From NCBI GenBank assembly GCA_947499175.1, contig CANMNU010000002.1:1-33178 (forward strand): 33,178 nt of DNA, written 5' to 3'. A program made the translations under genes and the position numbers. Below, in pieces: positions 19,253-28,532 of this stretch. The notes below the pieces were generated by a model. The model was given only the letters and a program-made list of their open reading frames with translations. It was not told where the DNA came from and did not search any database. Source of the DNA: Alphaproteobacteria bacterium (lineage in GTDB: Bacteria; Pseudomonadota; Alphaproteobacteria; Paracaedibacterales; CAITNM01). Each line of letters opens with the position of its first letter. Position 1 is the stretch's first letter.

Positions 19253-20413
19253 ATGGTTCCTTATAGCAGACACTTTATTGATCAAGATGATATTGATGCA
19301 GTTGTGCAAGTGCTGCAAGGCGGTTGGTTGACATGTGGGCCGGTTGTTGAAAAATTTGAGCAAAAATTAGCAAAAATTGTTCATGCCAAATACGCAATTG
19401 CTTGCTCCAATGGCACTACGGCTTTACATCTCGCAATGTTGGCTTTGGGAATTAGTGATGGCGATGTTGTTTTAGTTCCAGCAATCACCTTTTTAGCTTC
19501 AGCCAATGCTGCAAGGTATGTAGGTGCTGACGTAGTTTTTGTTGATGTTGATCCAACTACTGGTTTGATGACATATGAAACACTAGAGGTTGCGATTTTA
19601 GCAAATCATGAAAAATCATTAAAAGCTGTGGTTAATGTTCATTTTGCAGGGCAATGTGAAAATTTGGAAACAATACATAAAGTCGCTAGAAAGCATGATT
19701 TATTAATTATAGAAGATGCGGCTCACGCTATTGGCACCATTTATATAGATGAAAGCGGTAAGCAGCACGCAATAGGTTCTAATTCCTTTTCAGATATAAC
19801 AACATTTTCCTTTCATCCAGTTAAAACGATTGCAATGGGGGAGGGTGGGGCTGTTACTACAAACAATCCGGAAATTGCGAAGAAACTGAAACTGTTACGC
19901 AGTCATGGAATGATTCGTGATTCATTGCAGTGGGAAGGCGACGAATCCGGCCCATGGTATTATGAAATGCAGGAACTGGGGTTTAATTATCGAATTAGTG
20001 ATATCAACTGTGCTCTTGGTCTTAGTCAATTAGAAAATCTTGAAAATTTTAAATTAGAACGTGCGAACATTGTAAAGTTTTATGATAATGCATGTGCCGG
20101 CTTAAATTATTTAAACCCTTTGAAAAAATTACAATATTCTGATACTGCTTGGCATTTGTATGTTGTGCTTATTGATTTTGATATTTTGGGTAAATCACGA
20201 GCTCAAGTTATGACAGAGTTAAAAGAAAAAGGTATCGGCACCCAAGTGCATTATATACCTTTGCATAAGCAGCCATATTACAAAAATCTTTGTGGAGAAA
20301 TGACCTTACCAGGTGCGGAAGGCTATTATGCTACGTGCTTAAGTTTGCCATTGTATGTTGGATTGAAAGAAGAAGATCAGCAGCATGTTGTTGATGCATT
20401 GTCAAATGCTTAG
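19253..20413 (+). CDS. pseC: UDP-4-amino-4,6-dideoxy-N-acetyl-beta-L-altrosamine transaminase (DegT/PseC family)
   Basis: ATG at 19253, one nt after the pseB stop: MVPYSRHFIDQDDIDAV... It has the DegT-family PLP region FSFHPVKTIAMGEGGAV and sits immediately after pseB. Confidence 0.9.
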   Translation: MVPYSRHFIDQDDIDAVVQVLQGGWLTCGPVVEKFEQKLAKIVHAKYAIACSNGTTALHLAMLALGISDGDVVLVPAITFLASANAARYVGADVVFVDVDPTTGLMTYETLEVAILANHEKSLKAVVNVHFAGQCENLETIHKVARKHDLLIIEDAAHAIGTIYIDESGKQHAIGSNSFSDITTFSFHPVKTIAMGEGGAVTTNNPEIAKKLKLLRSHGMIRDSLQWEGDESGPWYYEMQELGFNYRISDINCALGLSQLENLENFKLERANIVKFYDNACAGLNYLNPLKKLQYSDTAWHLYVVLIDFDILGKSRAQVMTELKEKGIGTQVHYIPLHKQPYYKNLCGEMTLPGAEGYYATCLSLPLYVGLKEEDQQHVVDALSNA

Positions 20414-21281
20414 CAAAATTGGCATAGGTACGGCAAACTTCACGCAAAATTATGGGATTTTACCCAGTGATGATGCTATAGACGTTAATTCAATTTTAAA
20501 GTTAGCAACTGACCATGGGATTGATACTTTCGATACAGCTTTTGCTTATGGGGATTTTCTTAGCATCTTGGATGATAAATCTGATTTATCCAATTTAAAT
20601 GTCATTACAAAATTCAGCATTTTAGATGACTACGATGCTATTTTTCAAAAGATGAAACATGTAAAAGAACAATATAGTTTTGATGGATATTATGGGCTAC
20701 TTATTCATGATCCGCAAAACTTGGAAAGAGCTGATAAAGGTGAGCTACTCAGTTTATTTGATAAATTGCACAATGGTGGTTTAGTCAAAAAAATTGGCAT
20801 ATCTGTGTATGATTTAAACGATCTTGAGGGTTTTAGAAATATAATCGATCCAGAGCTTATCCAAATACCTTTGAGTCCACTAAGCCAGACATTTGTTAAC
20901 GACAAATTTATTGACTATGTTGAGCGACAAGAAATTGAAGTGCATGCCCGGTCCTTGTTTCTTCAGGGGGTTTTGTTATCTGACAAACTGCCTGAATCTT
21001 TAAATAATCTAGAGCCGCTGTGGCGCTTGTACATGGGGATTTTTGAACAGCACTCCGAAATGTACATGGACGCAACTAAATCTTATAACTTGCGATTAGA
21101 GGCTTTGCTATCCTGGGCATTTACTCATCAATGGGTTAGCAAGTGGATTCTTGGGGTTTCTTGCAAGCAAGATCTAGAAGAAATTATTGAAAGCAACAAT
21201 CAAGAAATATCTCACCCTTTCTCTTCATTAAAATATATGGCACACCCTATGACTGATCCTAGAAACTGGAAAATGGCATGA
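20406..21281 (+). CDS. Aldo/keto reductase family oxidoreductase
   Basis: The ATG at 20406 overlaps the pseC stop by 8 nt. Sequence features are MLSKIGIGTANFTQNYG, GIDTFDTAFAYGD, LLIHDP, VKKIGISVY and ARSLFLQGVLL. The stop overlaps the next start (ATGA). Confidence 0.8.
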   Translation: MLSKIGIGTANFTQNYGILPSDDAIDVNSILKLATDHGIDTFDTAFAYGDFLSILDDKSDLSNLNVITKFSILDDYDAIFQKMKHVKEQYSFDGYYGLLIHDPQNLERADKGELLSLFDKLHNGGLVKKIGISVYDLNDLEGFRNIIDPELIQIPLSPLSQTFVNDKFIDYVERQEIEVHARSLFLQGVLLSDKLPESLNNLEPLWRLYMGIFEQHSEMYMDATKSYNLRLEALLSWAFTHQWVSKWILGVSCKQDLEEIIESNNQEISHPFSSLKYMAHPMTDPRNWKMA

Positions 21282-23302
21282 AAAAAGTTGCAATTATTCA
21301 AGCAAGAATGGGGGCATCAAGATTTCCAGGGAAAGTATTAGAATTTCTTAATAAAAAGCCAGTGTTACACTGGGTAGTAGATGCAGTTTTGCTTATTCCC
21401 ACAATCGATCAAATAGTTGTGGCTACATCGGATACAGAGATAGATCAGCCTATTGCTGACTGGTGTAGTAAAAATCAAATTGCGGTGTTTAGGGGGAGCG
21501 AGTCAGATGTTTTGTCGCGTTTTTATGTAGCTGCTAAAGAACACAACGCTGATGTCGTTGTAAGGATCACTGCTGATTGTCCTTTGCTTGATCCAAATAT
21601 TGTGGGGCAAGTGCTTTATTTAGTTGTCAGCGGGGAGGTCGATTACGCATCTAATGTTTCGCCCGCTACATGGCCGGATGGTCTGGATTGCGAGGCATTT
21701 ACCATTGCTGCTTTGGAAGAAGCTCATCATAAGGCGGGGCGCCAAAGTGATCGAGAGCATGTGACGCCGTATATTCGCAATAATCAATACAAATTTAAGA
21801 TAGCTAATGTCCCTGCTGCAATGCCAGGTTTACAAAAACATCGCTGGACAATTGATACCAAGGAAGACTTAGAGTTTGTTGAAAAATTAGTAAAGGAAAC
21901 TAAGGTAAATGCTACAACTTATGACTATTTGGAAACATTAAAGAACAACTCTAAACTTGTTCAACCTGCCTATATACGGAACGAAGGCTTTGATAAATCA
22001 TTGCAAAATGAAACGGTTGAATGCACAAATTTCCAAAACTCTAAAATTCTTTTGAACAGAGCTTTAAAAACTATTCCATTAGGTTCGCAGACTTTTAGTA
22101 AGTCTTATATTCAATATCCAGAAAATACTTCTCCAATGTTTTTAACCCATGGTGAGGGTTCTCATGTATGGGATGTTGATGGTAATGAATATATCGATTT
22201 AGTAAGTGGACTGTTGCCAAATGTGCTCGGGTATAATGATGCGGATGTTAATTATGCAATTTCTATTCAGTTGCAAAAGGGTATATCTTTTAGCCTTTCA
22301 ACAGATTTAGAAATACAATTAGCTGAAAAATTGTGTGACATTATACCATGTGCCCAAAAAGTTAGATTTGCCAAAAATGGTACAGATGTAACAACAGCAG
22401 CTATCAGGCTTGCCCGTGCATTTACTAGGCGCGATAAGGTTATTTTATGTGGTTATCATGGTTGGCAAGATTGGTCGATTGGTACCACAACTCGCAATAA
22501 GGGGGTGCCTAAAGCAGTATCAGAACTTTCAGTAGCTGTACCTTATAATGATTTAAATAGAATTGAAGAGTTACTAAAAAGCGAAGAATTTTCCTGTGTT
22601 ATAATGGAGGCATGCAATTCTTCGGTCCCTCATGATGGGTATTTGCAAGGTATTAAAAATTTGTGCGAGCAATACGGTTCCTTATTTATTTTTGATGAAG
22701 TAATTACAGGCTTTAGATTTGCGCTTGGTGGGGCTCAAGAATATTTTGGGGTAACTCCGCATCTTTCATGTTTTGGCAAAGCCATGGGAAATGGTATGCC
22801 TATTTCAGCAATTGTTGGCAGATATGATGTGATGCGCGAGATGGAAGATATTTTCTTTTCAGGTACTTTTGGAGGAGAGACACTTTCTTTGGCTGCATCA
22901 CTGGCAACTATAGAAAAAATTGAAAAAAATAATGTAATTAAATACTTATGGTCTTATGGGCAACAGCTTGATGATTCTGTAAAGCAGTTGATTGCGAAAT
23001 ATGATTTAGAAAAAGCAATTAACTTATGTGGCTATGCCCCTTGGAAGATTTTTCAGGTCCTAGACCATACCAAGGCTACGGCTTTTGAAATTAAGACTTT
23101 ATTTATTCAGGAGATGATTAAACGGGGAATTTTGATTAATAGCTCACTGAACATAAATTTTGCTCATGGTGCCTTAGAGAAATATAAAATTTTAAAAGCT
23201 ATCGAAGATGTATTTGGCATTATGTCAGAGTGTTTGCAAAACGGAAAAATAAAGCAGTACTTAAAAAGTTCAACTATAAAACCGCTGTTTAAAGTGCGTT
23301 AA
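21278..23302 (+). CDS. Fusion protein: SpsF/FlmC-type cytidylyltransferase (N) + class-III PLP aminotransferase, GSA-aminomutase-like (C)
   Basis: 674 aa. Residues 1-~230 (MKKVAIIQARMGASRFPGKVL...RITADCPLLDP...HRWTIDTKEDLEF) are SpsF/FlmC-like and are the likely CMP-pseudaminate synthetase (PseF function). Residues ~265-674 (THGEGSHVWDVDGNEYIDL..., FIFDEVITGFR, SCFGKAMGNGMPISA) are class-III aminotransferase-like with the PLP lysine context. Confidence 0.8.
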   Translation: MKKVAIIQARMGASRFPGKVLEFLNKKPVLHWVVDAVLLIPTIDQIVVATSDTEIDQPIADWCSKNQIAVFRGSESDVLSRFYVAAKEHNADVVVRITADCPLLDPNIVGQVLYLVVSGEVDYASNVSPATWPDGLDCEAFTIAALEEAHHKAGRQSDREHVTPYIRNNQYKFKIANVPAAMPGLQKHRWTIDTKEDLEFVEKLVKETKVNATTYDYLETLKNNSKLVQPAYIRNEGFDKSLQNETVECTNFQNSKILLNRALKTIPLGSQTFSKSYIQYPENTSPMFLTHGEGSHVWDVDGNEYIDLVSGLLPNVLGYNDADVNYAISIQLQKGISFSLSTDLEIQLAEKLCDIIPCAQKVRFAKNGTDVTTAAIRLARAFTRRDKVILCGYHGWQDWSIGTTTRNKGVPKAVSELSVAVPYNDLNRIEELLKSEEFSCVIMEACNSSVPHDGYLQGIKNLCEQYGSLFIFDEVITGFRFALGGAQEYFGVTPHLSCFGKAMGNGMPISAIVGRYDVMREMEDIFFSGTFGGETLSLAASLATIEKIEKNNVIKYLWSYGQQLDDSVKQLIAKYDLEKAINLCGYAPWKIFQVLDHTKATAFEIKTLFIQEMIKRGILINSSLNINFAHGALEKYKILKAIEDVFGIMSECLQNGKIKQYLKSSTIKPLFKVR

Positions 23303-23307
23303 ATCTC

Positions 23308-24693
23308 GTGAAAAAACTAGCAATTTTTCGTTTTGAGGCTTCTCCAACCATAGGCGCTGGTCATGCAATACGCTCTTTTGTGCTTGCATATGCGTTAGTA
23401 GAAGAAGGTTGGGTTTGCAGAGTCGTTACCACTTTAACGACATATGACTTTATTCCAAAGTTAGATCGATTTGAACGAATTGATCCGGATAATTTCTACC
23501 AGAATCCTTTGCCGTGCGATTTGTTGGTTGTTGATAATTATGAATTAGATCACGTTTATGAAAAGCATTTTAGACCAACTGCTAAAAAAATTATGGTGAT
23601 TGATGATTTGGCTAATCGTCACCATGATTCTGATATTTTGCTTGATCAAACCTATGGTCGTGATGCAGCTGACTATAAAAATTTAGTACCCCAACATTGT
23701 AAAATATTAGCTGGTAGTGATTATGTTTTGTTACGCAAAGAGTTCGTTGAGCTTAGGCCAAAAGCCATAGAAAAAAGGCGCAACACCGCTGAAATAAAAC
23801 GCATACTCGTTTCTATGGGTGGAAGCGACTCACAAAATTATACTTTAAAAGCTTTAGATATGATTAAACAGTCAGGTTTTACTGGTGCAATCGATATTGT
23901 TTTGGGTTTTAAATCATTAAATTTTGAAGCAGTGAAAGATTATATTGCCAGCCTTCCTAACGAATGCGTTATTCATGTTAACGCGGATATGCCAAAGCTT
24001 GTCTATGGGGCAGATCTAGCTGTTGGTGCAGCAGGGACAAGTGTTTGGGAAAGATGTTGTTTGGGATTGCCCCAGTATTTACTTCAAACTGCGGACAATC
24101 AATCAGTTGTTATTCAGCAATTTGCTCATTCAGATTTCTTAACTTTTTACAATTGTGTCAACGCAGATTACCAAGATAATGTGGATGTTGGAAATATTGA
24201 TGGTCTGGGGGCTTTTCGACTATTGTGCTACTTAAATACAGGTTACGACAAGGCTAATCGGCTAATTACTCATGCTAAAGTTTGTAAAGAAGATGTTGAT
24301 TTAATTTTTCGTTGGCAGCAAAATCCCGAACTAAGGATATTTTCTTTTAACCAAGAAAGTCCTGCTTATGAAGAACATAAAAAATGGTTTTATGAAAAAC
24401 TAAGAAGTCCAAGTGTGTTTGAAAAAATCATTGCTGATGGAATTCCATGTGGCATACTACGTCTCGACTATTGTTTTGAGAACAACTCTTGGAAGTTAAG
24501 CTGGTACATATTACCAGAATTCCAAAGAAAAGGAATGGGTTCTATAGCGTTAAATTTTTCTAAAAAGCTTGCTGTTGGAAAAACTGTTAAGGCTTTTGTG
24601 TTCAAGGAAAATATAGCTTCGCAGAAAGCTATGAAAAAAGCAGATTTTAATGTTATATCAGAAGATCAAAATGGATTTCATTATGAGTACTAA
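23308..24693 (+). CDS. pseG/pseH: Fused PseG (UDP-2,4-diacetamido-2,4,6-trideoxy-beta-L-altropyranose hydrolase) + PseH-like GNAT N-acetyltransferase
   Basis: GTG start, 461 aa. The N-terminal ~300 aa are PseG-like (FRFEASPTIGAGHAIRSFVLAYAL, VSMGGSD, GAAGTSVWERCCLGLP). The C-terminal ~140 aa are GNAT-like (ILPEFQRKGMGSIAL..., NIASQKAMKKADF). Confidence 0.8.
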   Translation: MKKLAIFRFEASPTIGAGHAIRSFVLAYALVEEGWVCRVVTTLTTYDFIPKLDRFERIDPDNFYQNPLPCDLLVVDNYELDHVYEKHFRPTAKKIMVIDDLANRHHDSDILLDQTYGRDAADYKNLVPQHCKILAGSDYVLLRKEFVELRPKAIEKRRNTAEIKRILVSMGGSDSQNYTLKALDMIKQSGFTGAIDIVLGFKSLNFEAVKDYIASLPNECVIHVNADMPKLVYGADLAVGAAGTSVWERCCLGLPQYLLQTADNQSVVIQQFAHSDFLTFYNCVNADYQDNVDVGNIDGLGAFRLLCYLNTGYDKANRLITHAKVCKEDVDLIFRWQQNPELRIFSFNQESPAYEEHKKWFYEKLRSPSVFEKIIADGIPCGILRLDYCFENNSWKLSWYILPEFQRKGMGSIALNFSKKLAVGKTVKAFVFKENIASQKAMKKADFNVISEDQNGFHYEY

Positions 24694-25687
24694 ACCCTAC
24701 ATAATAGCTGAACTCTCAGGTAATCATAATGGCGATATTAATCTCGCTTTTAGACTTATAGAAGCAGCAAAAAATTCCGGTGCTGACGCTGTAAAGCTGC
24801 AAACTTATACCGCTGATACTATTACCATAGATTGTGATAATGATGATTTCATGATTAAAGACGGACTTTGGGACGGTTATAAACTCTATGATCTATACAA
24901 AGAAGCTCACACCCCGTGGGAATGGCATGAACTTTTATTTGCCAAAGGAAAAGAGCTTGGAATCACGGTTTTTTCAACACCGTTTGATGAAACAGCTGTG
25001 GATTTACTAGAAAGTTTAAATGCTCCAATTTATAAAATAGCTTCATTTGAATTAGTGCATCATCCTCTTATTGCATATGTAGCCAAGCTTAAAAAACCGA
25101 TGATTATGTCAACAGGGATGGCATCAATAGAAGAAATTACAGAAGCTGTTGATGTGGCGTTTACGAGCGGTTGTACAGACTTAACATTATTGCACTGTGT
25201 TAGTGAATACCCGGCACCTGTTGAAAACAGCAATCTTGCTACAATGCTTGATTTAAAACAACGGTTTCCAAAATGTAAAATTGGTTTATCTGATCATACC
25301 TTGGGTACAACGGTGGCAATTGCTGCTGTAGCATTAGGGGCAAGAGTTATCGAAAAACATATTACATTGGATCGCTCTGAAGGTGGGATAGATGCTGCAT
25401 TTTCGCTTGAGCCAGATGAGTTAAAATACTTATGTGAAGCAACGCATGATGCAGCCTTGGCTATTGGTAAGGTTAATTATCAGCGAAGTGATTCAGAACG
25501 CAAAAATATGGTTTTTAGGCGCAGTATTTATGCTGTAAAAGACATTGCCGAAGGTGAATTTTTTACTAAGAATAATATTAGGATTATTCGCCCTGGGTAT
25601 GGGGTGGCGCCTAAGGAATATGAAGGTACACTAAATACGAGATCTTCTAGAAATTATAAATTTGGCTCATCAATAAAACAAAAATAA
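24683..25687 (+). CDS. pseI: Pseudaminic acid synthase (NeuB family)
   Basis: MSTKPYIIAELSGNHNGDINLAFRLIEAAKNSGADAVKLQTYTADT..., FSTPFD, YKIASFE, LSDHT, and a C-terminal SAF-like domain. The alternative start at 24671 is in frame. The gene overlaps the pseG/H stop. Confidence 0.9.
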   Translation: MSTKPYIIAELSGNHNGDINLAFRLIEAAKNSGADAVKLQTYTADTITIDCDNDDFMIKDGLWDGYKLYDLYKEAHTPWEWHELLFAKGKELGITVFSTPFDETAVDLLESLNAPIYKIASFELVHHPLIAYVAKLKKPMIMSTGMASIEEITEAVDVAFTSGCTDLTLLHCVSEYPAPVENSNLATMLDLKQRFPKCKIGLSDHTLGTTVAIAAVALGARVIEKHITLDRSEGGIDAAFSLEPDELKYLCEATHDAALAIGKVNYQRSDSERKNMVFRRSIYAVKDIAEGEFFTKNNIRIIRPGYGVAPKEYEGTLNTRSSRNYKFGSSIKQK

Positions 25688-25712
25688 AATTGTGGTAAAA
25701 AGCGAGTAAATT

Positions 25713-26669
25713 ATGCAAAAAAAGAAAAAAATAATAGCTGTTGGCATTAGTAAATTACTATATTTTACTCTTAAAGAGTTGCCAACAGTAGATTTTGAAT
25801 GTCTATTAGATAACAGCTATGCGGATGATTCTTATGAGGGAATTCCTGTAAGAAAATATGATGTTTTAAAACAAGAAAAATTAGAGAATGTAGTTTTTTA
25901 CATATTTGCAGTATCCAACCACTCAATAAATATTATTCAAGACAGACTTTCAGGATACGGAGTTTTGGCCGATCAAATATTCTTATACTCAGATCTCTTT
26001 AAGGAGAGTTTTGAAAATAAAATACATAAATTATTTGGTTCCGATATAGCACAAAGTAGATATAAATTTGCCAAGACAGCTACACTAAATTCTAAATTAA
26101 CTGTGCAGACCACTATATGTGGAAGTTGGTTATTCTTAGAATCTTTAAATAACACTAAAGACGTAGCTGGAGATATAGCTGAGGTTGGTTGTTTTGAAGG
26201 TGGCAATGCTTTTCTTGCTTTGCGATCAGGAATTGTTCCTGAAAATAAGAAGTTTTTTCTGTTTGATTCATTTGAGGGTTTTCCTGCCCTTAGTGAATTT
26301 GATCCAATTAAACATAAGCAAGGAGATCTTAAGACAGTATTAGATCTTGATGAGATAAAAGGAACTTTTAAGAAATTTCCTAATGTTAAAATTATACCAG
26401 GATTTGTTCCAGGTACATTTAGTCAAATAGATGACGATAGTAAATTTAGTCTTGTGTTCTTTGACTGCGACCTTTATCAGCCTGCTTGTGATACACTCGA
26501 TTTCTTTTGGTCAAAATTAAGTAAAGGTGGGCTATTTTTATTGCATGACTATTTTTATGAACCAGGTGGCTTTAGCGGTGTAAAAAAAGCGGTGGATGAG
26601 TTTAGTAAACTGAAGAATATAGAGTCTTTTCCAATATGGGAAACTACTATGGTTGTGTTGCGAAAATAA
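25713..26669 (+). CDS. TylF/MycF-family (macrocin-type) SAM-dependent O-methyltransferase with N-terminal extension
   Basis: 318 aa. The C-terminal ~190 aa carry TylF hallmarks: DIAEVGCFEGGNA, FFLFDSFEGFP, VFFDCDLYQP and GGLFLLHDY. Confidence 0.7.
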   Translation: MQKKKKIIAVGISKLLYFTLKELPTVDFECLLDNSYADDSYEGIPVRKYDVLKQEKLENVVFYIFAVSNHSINIIQDRLSGYGVLADQIFLYSDLFKESFENKIHKLFGSDIAQSRYKFAKTATLNSKLTVQTTICGSWLFLESLNNTKDVAGDIAEVGCFEGGNAFLALRSGIVPENKKFFLFDSFEGFPALSEFDPIKHKQGDLKTVLDLDEIKGTFKKFPNVKIIPGFVPGTFSQIDDDSKFSLVFFDCDLYQPACDTLDFFWSKLSKGGLFLLHDYFYEPGGFSGVKKAVDEFSKLKNIESFPIWETTMVVLRK

Positions 26670-26688
26670 TATTAATTAGGAAAAGACG

Positions 26689-27792
26689 TTGGATAAATGC
26701 CAGAAAGATATTGCAAGTGTTGAGTTTGTAAACATAAAAGACTTGCCTGATTGCGAGAAAATAATAGATGATATTTGGACTCAATCAAAGCAAGGTTGGA
26801 TCTGGAACACAGTTCAAATGTTTGAGTTTAGGAAATCCTGCTTACCAAAGGGCAAAGAAACAAAGGACTTATCTTTTGTGATTTATAAGGAAGGAAAGCC
26901 AATCGGATTTTTCTTCCTATTAGCTTTTAAATCGCAAACATATTTTGAGGCTACTTTTTCAGCTGCGCCACTTTATTGGCCGTGTTTTATAGATCGATAC
27001 GCTGATGATTTAAAAATCAATAAAGAAACGTTTGCCTATATAGATATGCTTTGTATGGATAATAATATTGGTTCCTTGAAGGTTATGTTAAGTGATGGGG
27101 AATCTAAGTCTAAGATTTATCATAGTATCCTCCAAGAACACAATTATATTGATGAAAGTTACGACTCGCATATTGTAAAACCTAAAGAATTTAGCATTAG
27201 AGATGTCAGGCCTAAGAATAGGCAAATGATACGAAAGTATGCGGATAAATTTGTAGTAAAAATCTTACTTGAAAGTGACATAACGGAAGACACAATTCAT
27301 CAGTATAACAAACTACATGTTTTGGATTCAGGCGGTAATTTTCGTGATTTAAACACTTATTACAAACAATTTGAATTGTTTCAGAAAGGAGGTTTTGTCG
27401 TGTGTGCTTTTGCTAAAGAAAACAACAATATTTCTGTAGGTATGCTACATGTTTTGGTTTCTAAAAATGAAGCTTATGAAACTTCTGTAGCAGTTAATCC
27501 AGAGTATCATAAGTTTTACGTGTCGCATATTTTGAAGTTTCATGCGATACAATACATGCAATCTGAACAGGTTGAGGTTTATGAGCTAGGGCAGAGTTTT
27601 TATTGCTCAACTTTAAGCCATATTCCATCAAAAAAGAACTATGGAATAAACTACTTCAAAGATGGGTGGTCTGGTGGAAAAACAAGAAGAGTGCATAACG
27701 CTATAAAATTTTATCAAGCAGAAGCACTGAATGATTTTTGCATTTTAAAAGCGAGAGAATTAGAAAACACTTGCTATTTCAGCAATAATTAA
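26689..27792 (+). CDS. FemAB-like (GNAT-fold, possibly aminoacyl-tRNA- or acyl-dependent) transferase
   Basis: TTG start preceded by AGGAAAAG. 367 aa. The layout resembles the FemAB/FemX family: PKNRQMIRKYADKFVVKI, a second lobe with NEAYETSVAVNPEYHKFYVSHILKFHAIQYM and VYELGQ, and a terminal YGINYFKDGWSGG. The assignment is by eye only. Confidence 0.4.
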   Translation: MDKCQKDIASVEFVNIKDLPDCEKIIDDIWTQSKQGWIWNTVQMFEFRKSCLPKGKETKDLSFVIYKEGKPIGFFFLLAFKSQTYFEATFSAAPLYWPCFIDRYADDLKINKETFAYIDMLCMDNNIGSLKVMLSDGESKSKIYHSILQEHNYIDESYDSHIVKPKEFSIRDVRPKNRQMIRKYADKFVVKILLESDITEDTIHQYNKLHVLDSGGNFRDLNTYYKQFELFQKGGFVVCAFAKENNNISVGMLHVLVSKNEAYETSVAVNPEYHKFYVSHILKFHAIQYMQSEQVEVYELGQSFYCSTLSHIPSKKNYGINYFKDGWSGGKTRRVHNAIKFYQAEALNDFCILKARELENTCYFSNN

Positions 27793-27813
27793 GACTTAAC
27801 AAAGAGTAGATAC

Positions 27814-28527
27814 ATGCAACAGAGAACTGAAAAGTGGTACCAACAATCGTATAAGACAAATGGTTTCCATGCTCAAAGGAAATATCCCAATGAAGAATTG
27901 TGCCGCTTCATGGGACGAAATTTTTTTAAGATATCTGTTAATCAAAGAAAGGATATAAGAATTCTTGAAACTGGATGTGGTTCAGGTGGAAATATCTGGA
28001 TGATTGCTAAAGAAGGTTTTGATGCTTACGGAATTGATTTGTCAGCGGAGGCTATTACATTGGCCGAGCAGATGCTGAAATTGTATGGAGTACAATGTAA
28101 TTTGAGTGTACAAAATATGTGTACAATGAATTTTCCTGATAATTATTTTGATTCAGTAGTTGATATCTTCTCTTCATATTGCCTGAATAAAGAGGGAGGA
28201 GCTTTTTATTTAAAAGAAGTGAAGAGAGTTTTGAAACCAGGTGGAGTTTTTTTTTCATATTTTCCATCAAAAGCATCGGATACTTTTACTAATAAAGGCG
28301 ATGCAACCTTTGTTGACGATGACACTATTAGTAGTGTATTAAGAGCTGATTCTCCCTATTATGGTAACAATTACAACGTCAGATTTTTACATCCTAGGGA
28401 ATACGAACAACAACTTACTTCGCTAGATTTTAGTATTGCACATAGCGAGTCTTTAAATAAAACCTACAATAATAGAAATGAAAACTTTAATTTTGTTGTC
28501 ATTGAAGCTAAAAAAGGCGCAATTTAA
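27814..28527 (+). CDS. Class I SAM-dependent methyltransferase
   Basis: 237 aa with motif I ILETGCGSGGNIWMIA, the acidic post-I residue in YGIDLS, and LKPGGVFFSY. Confidence 0.8.
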   Translation: MQQRTEKWYQQSYKTNGFHAQRKYPNEELCRFMGRNFFKISVNQRKDIRILETGCGSGGNIWMIAKEGFDAYGIDLSAEAITLAEQMLKLYGVQCNLSVQNMCTMNFPDNYFDSVVDIFSSYCLNKEGGAFYLKEVKRVLKPGGVFFSYFPSKASDTFTNKGDATFVDDDTISSVLRADSPYYGNNYNVRFLHPREYEQQLTSLDFSIAHSESLNKTYNNRNENFNFVVIEAKKGAI

Positions 28528-28532
28528 TATCT

